Source of the DNA: a virus
DNA length: 64,000 bases
Strand: one strand, 5' to 3'
Virus record (IMG/VR): IMGVR_UViG_3300009502_000036
Coordinates: 1 to 64,000 of that record
Positions within the stretch are counted from its first letter, which is position 1. Every line of letters starts with the position of its first letter. The translations under genes and the position numbers were made by a program. Shown here one piece after another: positions 10,000 to 21,221 of this stretch. A model generated the notes under the pieces. That model had not been told where the DNA came from. It worked only from the letters and a program-made list of their open reading frames with translations, and did not search any database.

Positions 10000-10977
10000 A
10001 TGAGATTACAGGATATAGGGTTTTACACATTATCTGACTACAGAGCAATAAATTCTTCCGTGTTTACTTCACTGGAAAGGTGTGAACTGATCCTAACAGA
10101 TAAGTGCAACTTTAAGTGTCCTTATTGTAGAGGAGCATCCGATAAGACTAAGGGGACTTTAACGTTTGAAGAAGCAAAAAAGATTGTAGATCTATATCAG
10201 AGCCACAAATTACGTAACATCAGGTTCAGTGGCGGTGAGGTAACTCTATTGCCTTATTTAGTTGATCTTGTTAAATATACAGCTAAGGCCAATATATGGG
10301 AGAGTAGAATAGCTATAAGTACTAATGGAAGTGCACTTTTCAGTTTGTATGAAGAGCTTTTCTATGCTGGAGTTACTGATTTTTCTATAAGTCTTGATGC
10401 TTGTTGTACTTCAACAGCCTCTACAATGGCTGGAAAGGATGGCTACTATGAAACTATTCTTGAGAATATCAAGAAGCTTTCGGAACTTACGTATGTTACG
10501 GTAGGAGTAGTGTTGAATGATGAGAATGTGAAGGAAGTAGACATGATAATTGCCTTAGCGCATAGTTTGGGTGTTTCTGATATCAGAATAATTCCTTCTG
10601 CTCAGTATGGAGAAAGTCTTGGGTTTATTCCTGAAATTGCAGAGAAAGTTTTAGAAAAAAATCCTATATTGAAATATCGTATCAACAACTTAAAGGAAGG
10701 TGAGTCGTTGAGAGGATTGGGTGCTGGGGATTCGCGAAAGTGTTATTTGGGACTTGATGACATGGTTATAGCTAACAACTATCATTTCCCTTGTGTTATC
10801 TACATGAGAGAGGGTGGAGAACCTGTTGGAAGTGTTGATGAGAAGTCAATGGATGAGATTCGAGAGGAACGGTTAGAATGGATTGAAAAGACTAACTGTC
10901 TTATTGATCATATCTGTAAAAATAACTGTCTTGATGTTTGTAGAGCTTATAATAATGTAGCAGATAAATGTAAATGA
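10000..10977 (+). CDS. radical SAM protein
   Basis: CNFKCPYC (CxxxCxxC), FSGGE, STNGS, ISLD, C-terminal Cys cluster; start probably ATG 10000, overlapping the upstream stop. Confidence 0.9.
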   Translation: MRLQDIGFYTLSDYRAINSSVFTSLERCELILTDKCNFKCPYCRGASDKTKGTLTFEEAKKIVDLYQSHKLRNIRFSGGEVTLLPYLVDLVKYTAKANIWESRIAISTNGSALFSLYEELFYAGVTDFSISLDACCTSTASTMAGKDGYYETILENIKKLSELTYVTVGVVLNDENVKEVDMIIALAHSLGVSDIRIIPSAQYGESLGFIPEIAEKVLEKNPILKYRINNLKEGESLRGLGAGDSRKCYLGLDDMVIANNYHFPCVIYMREGGEPVGSVDEKSMDEIREERLEWIEKTNCLIDHICKNNCLDVCRAYNNVADKCK

Positions 10978-11527
10978 TGAAAAAGAGACAAAAAAATATA
11001 CTATCGAACGGAGAGGAAACTATTTACACTTGCCCTTCTTGTGGTTTAATGACAGATGAGGGGGCTTCAGTGTGTGAATTTTGCGATCAGGAATTTGAAT
11101 TATACATCAAATTTGAAGATTATATCAAACAATCTGATGATTTCCCTGAAATCGTAGCACAGACGTGTGCTATGGGTTTTATTCGTGAGCTTCAAAGAAG
11201 GATGATAAGGTGTGTAACGGATAAAGAACCAAATATAACTCTAAAAGATCTTATAACAACAGTTCAAAGAGAGTATAAAATTCCAACTAACGTTTATTAA
11301 ATAAAAAATTATGACAGATCATCAGCTTATTCTTATTATTGCTGGAGTACTTGCAGTAGTTACATCTGGGATATGGTTCCCTTTGTTGTTATTGTCTATA
11401 ATTGGAATTACCGGTTTGGTAGCTACCGTTCTATTGTACTTCGCTACTATCATTGAAAAATATTTTTGGAAGATAAGGAACTATTTTTTTCCTAAATTTC
11501 TTAAACCTAAAAGGAAAAAATAAACTT

Positions 11528-11751
11528 ATGAACGAGACATCATTATTTCTTATATACAAGGGTTGGATAGATCCGCTTGAAAATAGAAATGCATCAGGTT
11601 ATAAACCTTGGAGAATTGCAAAAATGAAGAAGATGCAAAATCATTTTGTGACTATGCTGGTCATTGGACAGAAATTGATTGTTGGCAAATAGCATATGAA
11701 CCCAATCATGTCATGGCAAAGTATAAATACGAAAAAATAGATACGTTATGA
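11528..11751 (+). pseudogene. hypothetical protein frameshifted at an A5 run
   Basis: MNETSLFLIYKGWIDPLENRNASGYKPWRIAK; adding one A at 11620-11624 gives NEEDAKSFCD...YEKIDTL*, ending in an ATGA overlap with 11748. Confidence 0.55.
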
Positions 11752-12266
11752 ATAATGTAGACAAAAAAATACTAACATTAGAAGATTTTTGTAGTACCCA
11801 TCCTGATAGTCTTTACCGTAATAACAAAAATATTACTTCTAATATTATGAGAAATCAATCTGTATACGTACATAACAGTAATACTGCGCCAGCAGTTTCT
11901 GCAGCCGATATTAAAATACTACGTAGTGTTAATAAGGGCACTCCGGCTTTAGTTGCTGAATGTTATAATGAAATACAAAAGATTTCAAAAATTCATACGA
12001 CAAAAGATTTAACGTTTACTGAAAATGAACACATGTCGTTTGATCATTTATCAAAATCAGTTTGGGGTAGTAATTTACCCAATAAAATAGTTGAAAAATT
12101 TCGTCAAGATAAAGAATTGTCTATATATATGGAGTCTCTTAAAGATTTTAACGTTGTAATTTCAGATCTTTCTAGATTTAATCTTTATATTTCTGCTTTT
12201 ACAAGAGAAGCATGGTATATTTTTATTCCTTCATCATTAATAGAATGTAATTATGAAAATCGTTAA
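11748..12266 (+). CDS. KGT-TTKDL-W paralogue family member 1
   Basis: VNKGTPALV...IHTTKDLTF...FTREAWYIFIP. Confidence 0.7.
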   Translation: MNNVDKKILTLEDFCSTHPDSLYRNNKNITSNIMRNQSVYVHNSNTAPAVSAADIKILRSVNKGTPALVAECYNEIQKISKIHTTKDLTFTENEHMSFDHLSKSVWGSNLPNKIVEKFRQDKELSIYMESLKDFNVVISDLSRFNLYISAFTREAWYIFIPSSLIECNYENR

Positions 12267-12759
12267 AGGAAATTTAATAAAATTGGCACTAGAAGGGAAT
12301 TTTGATGTTATAGCACATGGCTGTAATTGTTTTTGTGCTCAAAAAAGTGGAATTGCTTCTGCAATGGTTGCAACCTTTAGTACTAATGATCCGCTAAAAT
12401 ATTCTTTGGAACATTCTAGTAGAAAAGGTGATATCTCAAAATTGGGAAAAATTCAATCTTATACATTTAAACTTCCTCATTTTCTTGATTTGCTTAATAC
12501 AGCAATAACACCAACTACAGACAGGAAAGAATTTTCTGTTGTTAATTGTTATACTCAGTATAGAGCTGGAACGGACAAAATGCATCTCGATTATAATGCT
12601 TTGCGTGTTTGTATGAAAAGTATAAACGACAACTTTAAGGGAAAAGAAATCGGATTACCAAAGATTGGATGTGGTCTTGCTGGAGGAGATTGGAATGAAG
12701 TAAAAGATATCATAGAAGAAGAAATGCGGGACGTTTCTATTACTATTGTAGAACTATGA
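12253..12759 (+). CDS. macro domain protein (ADP-ribose hydrolase-like)
   Basis: KGNLI, IAHGCNC...SGIA, NCYTQY, LPKIGCGLAGGDW. Confidence 0.9.
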   Translation: MKIVKGNLIKLALEGNFDVIAHGCNCFCAQKSGIASAMVATFSTNDPLKYSLEHSSRKGDISKLGKIQSYTFKLPHFLDLLNTAITPTTDRKEFSVVNCYTQYRAGTDKMHLDYNALRVCMKSINDNFKGKEIGLPKIGCGLAGGDWNEVKDIIEEEMRDVSITIVEL

Positions 12760-12839
12760 TAAAATATTTTTTGTACAGTATATTTTCTGATCTTACTATT
12801 TTTAACGTTAAAATAGTTTTTAATTAGTAGAAAAAATGT

Positions 12840-12860
12840 TATATTATACTAGTTGAATAA
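12840..12860 (+). promoter_or_regulatory. putative early promoter
   Basis: TATATTATACTAGTTGAATAA, 21 nt before ATG 12882. Confidence 0.7.
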
Positions 12861-12881
12861 TTAAACAAAACAAAATACATT

Positions 12882-13157
12882 ATGAATATTGATCAGATTA
12901 CTTCTGCAATTCTATCGGGTAATTTTACAAACGAAGAACTAACATCAATTTTCAATGCCGTAAAACTTGAAAAATCTATTATTGCTGAAAAGAATAAAAG
13001 AATTTTTTCACATGGATCTAGAGTAAAGTTTACAAATTCTAGAACTAATGGTGTTATCGAAGGTGTAATAATGAGAATTTCTAAGAAAACTGTAACTATT
13101 CATACAAATCTTGGAACAAATTGGAGAGTTCCAGCAAACATGCTTTCAGTAGCATAA
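12882..13157 (+). CDS. conserved small phage protein (SH3/KOW-like C-terminus)
   Basis: GSRVKF...GVI...KKTVTI...WRVPANML. Confidence 0.65.
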   Translation: MNIDQITSAILSGNFTNEELTSIFNAVKLEKSIIAEKNKRIFSHGSRVKFTNSRTNGVIEGVIMRISKKTVTIHTNLGTNWRVPANMLSVA

Positions 13158-14057
13158 AATAAAAAATTATGAGCTTAGAAAAAGATACTTTGATTTTAGA
13201 TACATATCAGATTTATAATAAAATTTGTGATGATTTTCACTCTATTACTTCTACAGTAAATGAATTTGATGGGGTTGTTTTAACAGAAGACCAGATTATT
13301 GAATGTGGTAAACGATTTGTAGAAGAATTTGGTGATGAATATCAGGAATTTTCACAAGAATATTATAGTAAATTTGGTTCTGAGTGGCTTGTTTTTTTAA
13401 ACAAAGCCACAAAATGTGGAATGTCTAATTCTCTAGCTAAAATTTTAGCTAGTTAATATAATTGTAATATGTATTATCAAGAAAGATTGCCAAGGAAATT
13501 AAAATTAAGAAAGATTGGTAGAATACGATCTAAGGCAAGTTTACGAAGATTAAATAATGATGTTATAATAAATTGTGATAAAGGTGATAAGCTTTATTTG
13601 CATGGAAAAGAAATAAATTATTGTCCATATTGTGGTTGTGAAAATAGTACATTAGTCGATTATCATGCAGAATATCCTGAACAGTGGTGGGATCTAGTGT
13701 GCAATAGATGTAATAGACCTGTAATTTCAGTTGATAATTCGTTTCCTATTCACGCGTTATCTATTATAAGAGAATGTTGATGGATTAAATCTAAAAAGCA
13801 AATTTAAATATTATATCATGACACAGAAGTACGCCAAATCACAGTTGGAACAGTTAGTAAATCTAGCTAAAGAATCAACAAAGAATTCTCTTACAGCAGA
13901 AGAAAAGACTAATCTTTTAAAGAAAATAAAAGAAATAGAAGATTCTGTTATAGAATTAGTAGAATTTCAGGAAGACAGAATTTTGAGTTTGACTGCAGAG
14001 ATTGATACAATTCTTTATGCAGGCGAAGAGTAATATTAGTATTTAATGTTTACACAA

Positions 14058-14104
14058 ATAGACAGATCGTAGAAAATAATTTTGTCATTTTACGATCTGT
14101 CTAT
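14058..14104. terminator. long stem-loop / probable terminator
   Basis: 14-bp perfect inverted repeat ATAGACAGATCGTA / TACGATCTGTCTAT followed by ATTTT. Confidence 0.65.
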
Positions 14105-15032
14105 ATTTTCAATAACAGAGTTAAAAAAAGAATCAAAGGCATATATGATTCTTACAATTAACATATTTTGTAAATATGAATAGTTTTCTTATTGTAGTAG
14201 AAATTTTTCTTGCTGTCTTATTAATAAAAAGAGTATATAGAGATGTTAAAAACTTTCTTATATATTTACAAAAAGAAATTCGAGAGAAAGGAGTAATGAC
14301 TCTAGGACAGAACGGGAAGAAAATATGGACATTAAAGAAATGGTTTTTAATTTTTAAATTTTTCGAAAAATGAAGATTTCTAGAGTATTTTTGATCATTT
14401 TGGCTTTGATTTTGCAGGTCGTGTCTGTAAAGTATAATATCGTATTGTGGTCTCTATTTTATCCTCTTAGTATGTTATCAGGATTTATTATGGGATTTGT
14501 TGTATTTGATGATATGTTTGAAATAATTATTAAAAATAAAATAAAATAAAATATGCCTACAGAACTAGAAACAAAAGTAGAATTTCTACTACAAGAATAT
14601 AGACTTGCTGGTGAAGCATTATTTGATGTAAATATTGCTGGAACTCCAGAATTAGAAGAAATGTCCGATGAATTGGTAGATTCTATCCGAAGTGCATTTG
14701 CAACTGGATATTCATTTGGAGCACTATCTGTTCTTCAGACAACCTTTAAAGGAATAGCAGAAAAAGAACCAGAAACGTTAATACAACCAGTAAAATCAAA
14801 CATTATAATAGGAAAGTTTTAATGAAATTTCTTACTGATTCATTGTATAGAATTGATTTTCCTGAAGAAGATAATAAAACGGACTTCTTTTTCAAACACC
14901 GGAAAATTTTTAAGGGAAGATTCAGGCAGTCTTTAATGTATGGAATTCTTGGTAAAATGACTCTTGCATTTTATGTTGCCATATTATTTCCTGGTATTTT
15001 TTTAAAGAAATATAAAAAGAAAGACTTTTAAA

Positions 15033-15275
15033 TTGTGTATTATGAAAACTAATTCAGTTAAAGTTGAAGAATGGGAAATAATGGCTAGGTCTATTTCTAG
15101 AAGGGTTTTACGAGTATTAGACTTAAAAAATATTTCTAAAGAATCTTTAAGCGAAAAACTTGATATTTCAAAAGAAAGAGTTGAAGATATTCTTAATAGT
15201 AAAGAAGATCTTACACTTAAAATGATAGCAAAAATCGCAGATGCACTGAATGTGCGTCTTTTCGATATAATGTAA
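15033..15275 (+). CDS. XRE-family helix-turn-helix protein
   Basis: ISKESLSEKLDISKERVEDILN...DLTLKMIAKIADAL. Confidence 0.75.
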   Translation: MCIMKTNSVKVEEWEIMARSISRRVLRVLDLKNISKESLSEKLDISKERVEDILNSKEDLTLKMIAKIADALNVRLFDIM

Positions 15276-15284
15276 AGGATAATT

Positions 15285-15935
15285 ATGTTAGTATATCAAG
15301 CACCATATCGAGATTGGATAGGTCCATATCAAATAGCAGAAGCACTTTGTTTTTGGGTTCCCAAAACAAAGGATGAACTCGGCAATGAAGAATTTCCTGA
15401 ATGGGTAGATAATTTTGGTGAATGGTTGTCAGAAACACCACTTTTACCCCTTTGTAATTGGATTGAAGAAAATATTAAAAGAATTGTTCATGTTCATATT
15501 GATAAATATGATACGTGGAATATGGATTCAACTTTAACGCCAATTATTCTTCCGCTATTAAAACAATTAAAGGAATCTCAGCATGGAGCTCCACATGTTG
15601 ATGATTGTGATGTTCCGGATAATCTAAAATCATCTGCCGCACCAGAAAAACAGAATGACTGGGATATAGATGATCTTCATTTTGCACGTTGGGATTGGGT
15701 TCTTAACGAAATGATTTGGGCATTTAATGAACTTAATGGTGATTGGGAAAATCAATTTCATACTGGTAATATAGATTTTCAGTTTGAAAAAGATCCTGAA
15801 ACTGGACATAATCTTTTAATACATGGGCCGAATCATACTGGAAAATTCGACAGTGACGGTTACACAACTCACCTAAATAGAATTAAAAGAGGTACTACAT
15901 TATTTGGTAAATATTTTCAAAATCTTTGGGATTGA
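15285..15935 (+). CDS. conserved T4-like hypothetical protein
   Basis: WIGPYQIAE, IDKYDTWNMDSTL, RWDWVLNEMIWAF, LFGKYFQNLWD. Confidence 0.8.
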   Translation: MLVYQAPYRDWIGPYQIAEALCFWVPKTKDELGNEEFPEWVDNFGEWLSETPLLPLCNWIEENIKRIVHVHIDKYDTWNMDSTLTPIILPLLKQLKESQHGAPHVDDCDVPDNLKSSAAPEKQNDWDIDDLHFARWDWVLNEMIWAFNELNGDWENQFHTGNIDFQFEKDPETGHNLLIHGPNHTGKFDSDGYTTHLNRIKRGTTLFGKYFQNLWD

Positions 15936-16012
15936 AATAGCAATTTTAGAGGCAATTATTGTAGAAGATCCTGTTGCATCCAGTGACATAGAAAATGTAA
16001 TTAAAAAATAAT

Positions 16013-16041
16013 AAAAAGCTATTCTTTGAATAGCTTTTTTT
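16013..16041 (+). terminator. rho-independent terminator
   Basis: AAAAAGCTATTC-TTT-GAATAGCTTTTTTT. Confidence 0.75.
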
Positions 16042-16075
16042 GTTTATATTAAATTAATAAACAAAAAAAACAAAT

Positions 16076-16738
16076 ATGAAAAATATACATAAAGTGGTAG
16101 TAGGATCAAGACTTCATGGTCTAGATAATCAAGATTCCGATTACGATTATAGAGGTGTTTTTAAAGTAGATTTAATTGATATTTTATCACCATTTAGAAA
16201 AACACAAAACACTTCTTGGATAGAAGGCAAGACTGATGACACTAATTACGAGTTAATAAATTTTGTCAAAATGTGTGCAACGGGTAATCCTTCTGCACTA
16301 GAGGTTATCTGGTCTAACAGAATAGTAGAAACTACCGATATTGGTATGGAACTAGTTACAAATAGACAAAAATTTTTAGACGATGAAAAGATATATTTTG
16401 CTCATCTTGGATATGCAGAAAATCAAATAAAGAAAATGGATCTTTATAATCCAGATCCAAAAAGAACACCAAAGACTATCATTGCCTATATTAGATCGTT
16501 AAGACAGGGAATAGAATTATTGGATAGTGGAGATTTTAATCCAGTTTATGAATATCCGGACAGAGATTTTCTTTTAGAAATAAAAAATAATTTCAATTCT
16601 TCTTTAATACCGAAAGTTACTACTTTAATGCACAAAGTAAGACAGGAACTAGAGTGCTTAAAAGCTTTTCGTGGATTTATTCGTAAAGCGGATATTGAAT
16701 GGATAGAAAATTTTATTTTAAATGCTTATTCAAAGTAA
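16076..16738 (+). CDS. predicted nucleotidyltransferase (Pol-beta superfamily, YcgL/NrdC.11-like)
   Basis: GSRLHGL...SDYDYRGVF, GNPSALE. Confidence 0.85.
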   Translation: MKNIHKVVVGSRLHGLDNQDSDYDYRGVFKVDLIDILSPFRKTQNTSWIEGKTDDTNYELINFVKMCATGNPSALEVIWSNRIVETTDIGMELVTNRQKFLDDEKIYFAHLGYAENQIKKMDLYNPDPKRTPKTIIAYIRSLRQGIELLDSGDFNPVYEYPDRDFLLEIKNNFNSSLIPKVTTLMHKVRQELECLKAFRGFIRKADIEWIENFILNAYSK

Positions 16739-16917
16739 TATTATGGCAGATAAACATTATAAAAGATTAGATGAGGAACATATCGATGCAATAGACTCTG
16801 CTATTTTCAATGGTGACATTTTCTTCAATATCGAAAATATTATTGAATTTCGTTATATTATGGCACGTTGGGAAAAAGAACTACATGTCTGGGAAGAAAG
16901 AATAAAGGAATGCGAAA

Positions 16918-17343
16918 ATGATAATTTATAACATTAACGAGGACATTTTCTCTAAATGTGAAGACCTTTATAATAAAGAAGCTCTTACATTTAACCCGAT
17001 GATAAAAACTGTATCGGAAATACTAAGAAAAGTTTCAATTGGTTGCCCAGCTTTGGTTGTGAAAGATAGTTTACATTCGAAATCAAAAGCTATAAAAATA
17101 CATACAACAAAACATCTAACATTTAATATGGCTGATAGTGTAGATATTTTTTTTACTATAAAAAATAAAGATATTATGGAATGGGTATACAATAATTTTC
17201 ATTCCGATAAAGAATTGTCACAGTATATTATAACTTTAAATCCAGAAAAGATTCTTGATGATTTATCGCTATATGTAAGTTGTTTTTATAAAGATGAATG
17301 GTATATTCTAGTCCCAAGTGTTTTAGTTAGAATTTATTACTAA
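16918..17343 (+). CDS. KGT-TTKDL-W paralogue family member 2
   Basis: IGCPALV...IHTTKHLTF...FYKDEWYILVP; clearly similar to 11748 (both contain DKELSxY). Confidence 0.7.
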   Translation: MIIYNINEDIFSKCEDLYNKEALTFNPMIKTVSEILRKVSIGCPALVVKDSLHSKSKAIKIHTTKHLTFNMADSVDIFFTIKNKDIMEWVYNNFHSDKELSQYIITLNPEKILDDLSLYVSCFYKDEWYILVPSVLVRIYY

Positions 17344-18013
17344 CATTTCTTATTTTATTTCATGAAAAAGAAATAATTGAAAAGTTAACAAATACTAAAA
17401 TAACTCTTCAGATAGAATGTACTGATTTTAGAATAAAAAAGCTTAAAGAATTAAGATTTATAATGAAATGATTGAAGAACAAATAAAAGATAGAAAATAT
17501 AAATTTCCCAATCACGATTATGTAGCAGATTGGAATATGAGGAAAAGGCTGACGGAACTTTCAAAAAATCAATTTGTATATGCTTATGAGCATGAAAATA
17601 TGTTAGATTATATTAAAAATATTTCGAATGTTTATGTTCTAGGAGCATATTGATTTCGAGATTTAAATTGTGATTAACTTTTAAGTGTTTCTGCAAAATT
17701 ATTTAAATAATTCTACAATGAAAATGAAATATAAACTTGGCTATAAAGGAATGTGGGGAAGTGATGTTTATTTTTTAGAGGGTTTTCCATCTTCTATAGA
17801 TAAAATTTACGCTATTTATATAAATGACACGAGAGTTTCCGTGATAAATGGCAAAGTAGGCCATGTAGAAGATTCTGATTGTGTTCCTACATATTCTAAT
17901 CATTTTTATATTCAGATAGATGTCTTTGGCGTACTTATCGACATTGATATAAACAAAATTGTTAATGAAATTGATGTTTATGTTAAAACAGAAGATGTTT
18001 CATTTTTAGCCAC

Positions 18014-18325
18014 ATGACATACATAGTGAAAAAGGGTACACCCGGAGTAGCATATAATATAATTGAAAGCACTATAGTTATACTTAAAACTACTAAAGAT
18101 TTAACTTTTAACCGTAGATCGGATAGTGATGTTAATGATCATTATTTAGGAGATGTTGGTGGAGAAAGATTGTGGAATGTTATCTTGGACTGTTATCACT
18201 CAGATATGTCTCTTATTAAATCAACAAATTTTGAAAATATAAAAGTACGGGATCTTAATGTATTTGAAGAAGATTTTTGGTTGTTGTTTGTCCATCGAGA
18301 TTTAGTGACTTTTACCACAAAATAA
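18014..18325 (+). CDS. KGT-TTKDL-W paralogue family member 3
   Basis: VKKGTPGVAY...KTTKDLTF...FEEDFWLLFV. Confidence 0.7.
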   Translation: MTYIVKKGTPGVAYNIIESTIVILKTTKDLTFNRRSDSDVNDHYLGDVGGERLWNVILDCYHSDMSLIKSTNFENIKVRDLNVFEEDFWLLFVHRDLVTFTTK

Positions 18326-18566
18326 TTTTTTATAATCAATAGAATAATTTGTATATTATATTACGTGAATAAATTATAGATGGAGAGTATAGCATGATTG
18401 AAGTTTATCAAAAAATAAAAGACATTTTATATAATGCAGTAGAACAGTCAGAGTCAGAATATTATGGGTTTTCTGGTATTCCTGAAGATTCTCTTTATGA
18501 TACTCTTAAACAAATTATGGAAGTTGTTAATTCTTATAGAGATAACGAAACATCAAAAAATAATTT

Positions 18567-18848
18567 ATGAATAACTTTTTCATACCAAAAGGAACCTTTG
18601 GTATTGCATATGATACATCGGAAGGGAATTTTGTTGTATTAAGTACGAGTAAAGATTTAAATTTCCTAGAAAGGAGTGATTCTAAAGTAACGAGATTAGG
18701 TGATCTTTGGTGGGATGTTCTACAAATATTTAGAGGTAATTTCATTACTGGCATGGATAATCAAATTTCAGTAACTGATATATTTGCCTTTGAAAAAGAC
18801 GAATGGTTCTTATTTATACACCAAACTAAAATTAAATACGAAGAATGA
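18567..18848 (+). CDS. KGT-TTKDL-W paralogue family member 4
   Basis: IPKGTFGIAY...STSKDLNF...FEKDEWFLFI. Confidence 0.7.
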   Translation: MNNFFIPKGTFGIAYDTSEGNFVVLSTSKDLNFLERSDSKVTRLGDLWWDVLQIFRGNFITGMDNQISVTDIFAFEKDEWFLFIHQTKIKYEE

Positions 18849-19102
18849 CTTTTTATTTTACCAGGTTCTCCTATATTAGCTTATAGTATTATAGATCAGC
18901 GTCTAACTTATACTAAGACTTCTAAACTTTGGCAGTTTGATAAAACATCAGAGGGGAATTTTCCAGGCAACTTCCCGATTTAATGCTTGATGTTCATGAC
19001 TATTTTAAAAGAATAGATTCTAATTATATTAATATAGAATACATATATACTTTTGGTATTAAAGATTGGCTTTTGTTTATTAATAAAAGAGAACTCAAAT
19101 GA
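18845..19102 (+). pseudogene. frameshifted paralogue family member 5
   Basis: Fragments ILPGSPILAY...KTSKLWQF and ...FGIKDWLLFINKRELK* lie in different frames; ATGA overlaps at both ends. Confidence 0.6.
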
Positions 19103-19342
19103 AACTTTTTGTTATAGAAAAAGGAATTGAAGTACTAGCTTATAAAATAAAATCAGATTTGGTGTATTCTATAACTACGAGTAAAATAAGTTTTTTTTTG
19201 TAAAAAATCGGAGAATTCTATATCAGAAGAATTGCTTCTTATAGCAGAAGGAGTATGCGGACAGGTATTCGCTGATATTTTAGTTTTTGAAAAGGATGGA
19301 TGGTTATTGTTTGCAGATAAAGAAGAAGTTCAATATTTTTAA
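19099..19342 (+). pseudogene. frameshifted paralogue family member 6
   Basis: MKLFVIEKGIEVLAY...TTSKISFF; removing one T from T9 (19191-19199) gives ...VFEKDGWLLFADKEEVQYF*. Confidence 0.7.
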
Positions 19343-19598
19343 TTTACAGCAAAAAGTTTATATTATACTATATGAATAATTTATAAACAGAAAATACATC
19401 ATGCAAAGAGAAAACAATGATACAATTTGGGGAGCGTTCGCGCTTTACATAACAAATCAGGAACTAGTGATTACAAAAACAGACATATTGCAACTGTTTA
19501 AATCTAATCCGGACGTCATTAAAAATGAAATTAGAGAAAATTCAGAAGAGTCTCTACTTTTTCCTAAAACTTATGTAATGTGCATAAACTAAATTATA

Positions 19599-20618
19599 AT
19601 GAAAATTGACATTAAAGAATTAGACAGACTACATAAAGAGAAACTTTTAGAAAAGCAAGTTCATCCTATTCTTCCTTTGACTATTTGGAATTATAGTCAG
19701 ACTTGTCAGTATGATAATTTGTGGACATCTACTCTTTTGATGTGTCGTGGACTCGTAACAGACGTAGAAGGAAACGTAATTGCTCGTCCATTTAAAAAAT
19801 TCTTTAATTTAGAAGAAAAGAAACATGTACATACGGAAAATTTTACGATTTGGCACAAAGAAGATGGTTCCTTGGGTATTATATTCTTCTACAATGGGGT
19901 ATGGCACATCTGCTCTCGTGGGTCTTTTACTTCTGATCAAGCTATCAAAGCAAAGGAGATGCTTGAAAAAATCAAAGACAAAGAGAAGTATCTTAAAAAA
20001 GAACTCACTTACCTGGTAGAAATTATTTATCCAGAAAACAGAATTTGCATAGATTATGGACAAACAGAAAAACTTATTTTACTAGGCGCTGTAGATATAG
20101 AAACTGGCGCAGAAGTTAATCCTACAAAAATTTCTCAATGTATTTTTGAAATACCACAGCAGGAATATTTCACTGACTATTCTCAGATTGCATGGCTAGA
20201 CTGGGAAAATAAAGAAGGTTTTGTTGTTCATTTTGACAACGGTAATAAATGCAAGATTAAATTTGCTAATTATTTAAAAAAGCATAAAATAATATGGAAT
20301 CTCACAAACAAATTGATTCACGAACATCTTGTTAACGGTAACATCGAAGAATTGTTGGATCAAATACCAGATGAATTTTATTCTATCGTCAAAGAAGAAA
20401 TTTATGAATTTAATAAAGAATATGCTATCATATTAAGTTCAGCGATGGTTGCTTTTAATGATGCACGAAAGTTAGAAACACGTAAAGAATTTGCTGCGGA
20501 AGCACTTAAATATGAATATCCTCAGGTTCTTTTTGCTATGCTTGATAAAAAGAACTATGAAGGTGTTATTTGGAAAATACTTGAGCCCAAAGTTTCAATA
20601 CGTATATTAACGAAATAA
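19599..20618 (+). CDS. rnlA: RNA ligase 1 (T4 RnlA-like)
   Basis: CRGLV, ARPFKKFFN, motif I KEDGS, SRGSFTS, EIIYPENRI, EGFVV, KIK. Confidence 0.9.
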   Translation: MKIDIKELDRLHKEKLLEKQVHPILPLTIWNYSQTCQYDNLWTSTLLMCRGLVTDVEGNVIARPFKKFFNLEEKKHVHTENFTIWHKEDGSLGIIFFYNGVWHICSRGSFTSDQAIKAKEMLEKIKDKEKYLKKELTYLVEIIYPENRICIDYGQTEKLILLGAVDIETGAEVNPTKISQCIFEIPQQEYFTDYSQIAWLDWENKEGFVVHFDNGNKCKIKFANYLKKHKIIWNLTNKLIHEHLVNGNIEELLDQIPDEFYSIVKEEIYEFNKEYAIILSSAMVAFNDARKLETRKEFAAEALKYEYPQVLFAMLDKKNYEGVIWKILEPKVSIRILTK

Positions 20619-20625
20619 GGTTAAA

Positions 20626-20919
20626 ATGGGATATAGTGTATACAAAGGTACTCGTGGAATAGCATACGACGTTAGAAATGAAATTTTTGTTAAAATACAA
20701 ACGAAAAAAGATCATCACTTTCATCATTCTAATTTTGGAATCGAATTTGATGAAATTGTTAGTTGTATGATACGTGAAGTATTTGATAAAAATTATGTGA
20801 AACTTGAACTCTATTTTCCTGAATACGAAACTGGAAGAGGTTCTATTATACCGTTTAAAAGATCAGATTGGTATTTAATGGTATCTAATTTTAATGTAAT
20901 ATCTTATGTTGGTAAATAA
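20626..20919 (+). CDS. KGT-TTKDL-W paralogue family member 7
   Basis: VYKGTRGIAY...QTKKDHHF...FKRSDWYLMV. Confidence 0.7.
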   Translation: MGYSVYKGTRGIAYDVRNEIFVKIQTKKDHHFHHSNFGIEFDEIVSCMIREVFDKNYVKLELYFPEYETGRGSIIPFKRSDWYLMVSNFNVISYVGK

Positions 20920-21205
20920 CGCGACTACCTTTAAAGTTAATAAAGGTGTTTCTGTAATAGTTTTGCAAGAAATAGGTTTAAATGCTATTAATGGCACTAT
21001 ATTATCAACTGAGTTTAAAAAAATTCGTACGACTAAGGATTTGATTTTTTTCCCAACAGAAAGAATAGGAAAATCTTCTTGGATAAATTTAGTTCAATCC
21101 TTTAGAGATTCGCTCATAAAAACTGATAAATCATTATATCACTGTTTTCGTAGAGACGGTTGGTTTATTTTTATCAATAAATCAGATATCTTAGAAATAG
21201 TTTAA
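20906..21205 (+). CDS. KGT-TTKDL-W paralogue family member 8
   Basis: VNKGVSVIV...RTTKDLIF...FRRDGWFIFI. Confidence 0.7.
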   Translation: MLVNNATTFKVNKGVSVIVLQEIGLNAINGTILSTEFKKIRTTKDLIFFPTERIGKSSWINLVQSFRDSLIKTDKSLYHCFRRDGWFIFINKSDILEIV

Positions 21206-21221
21206 GCGAAGGAGTTTTTCC

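Noticed and set aside
7743-11729. TATAAATA matches at 7743, 8140 and 11722
   Set aside because: They lie inside coding sequence or abut a start codon in the early region, and are expected by chance in AT-rich DNA.
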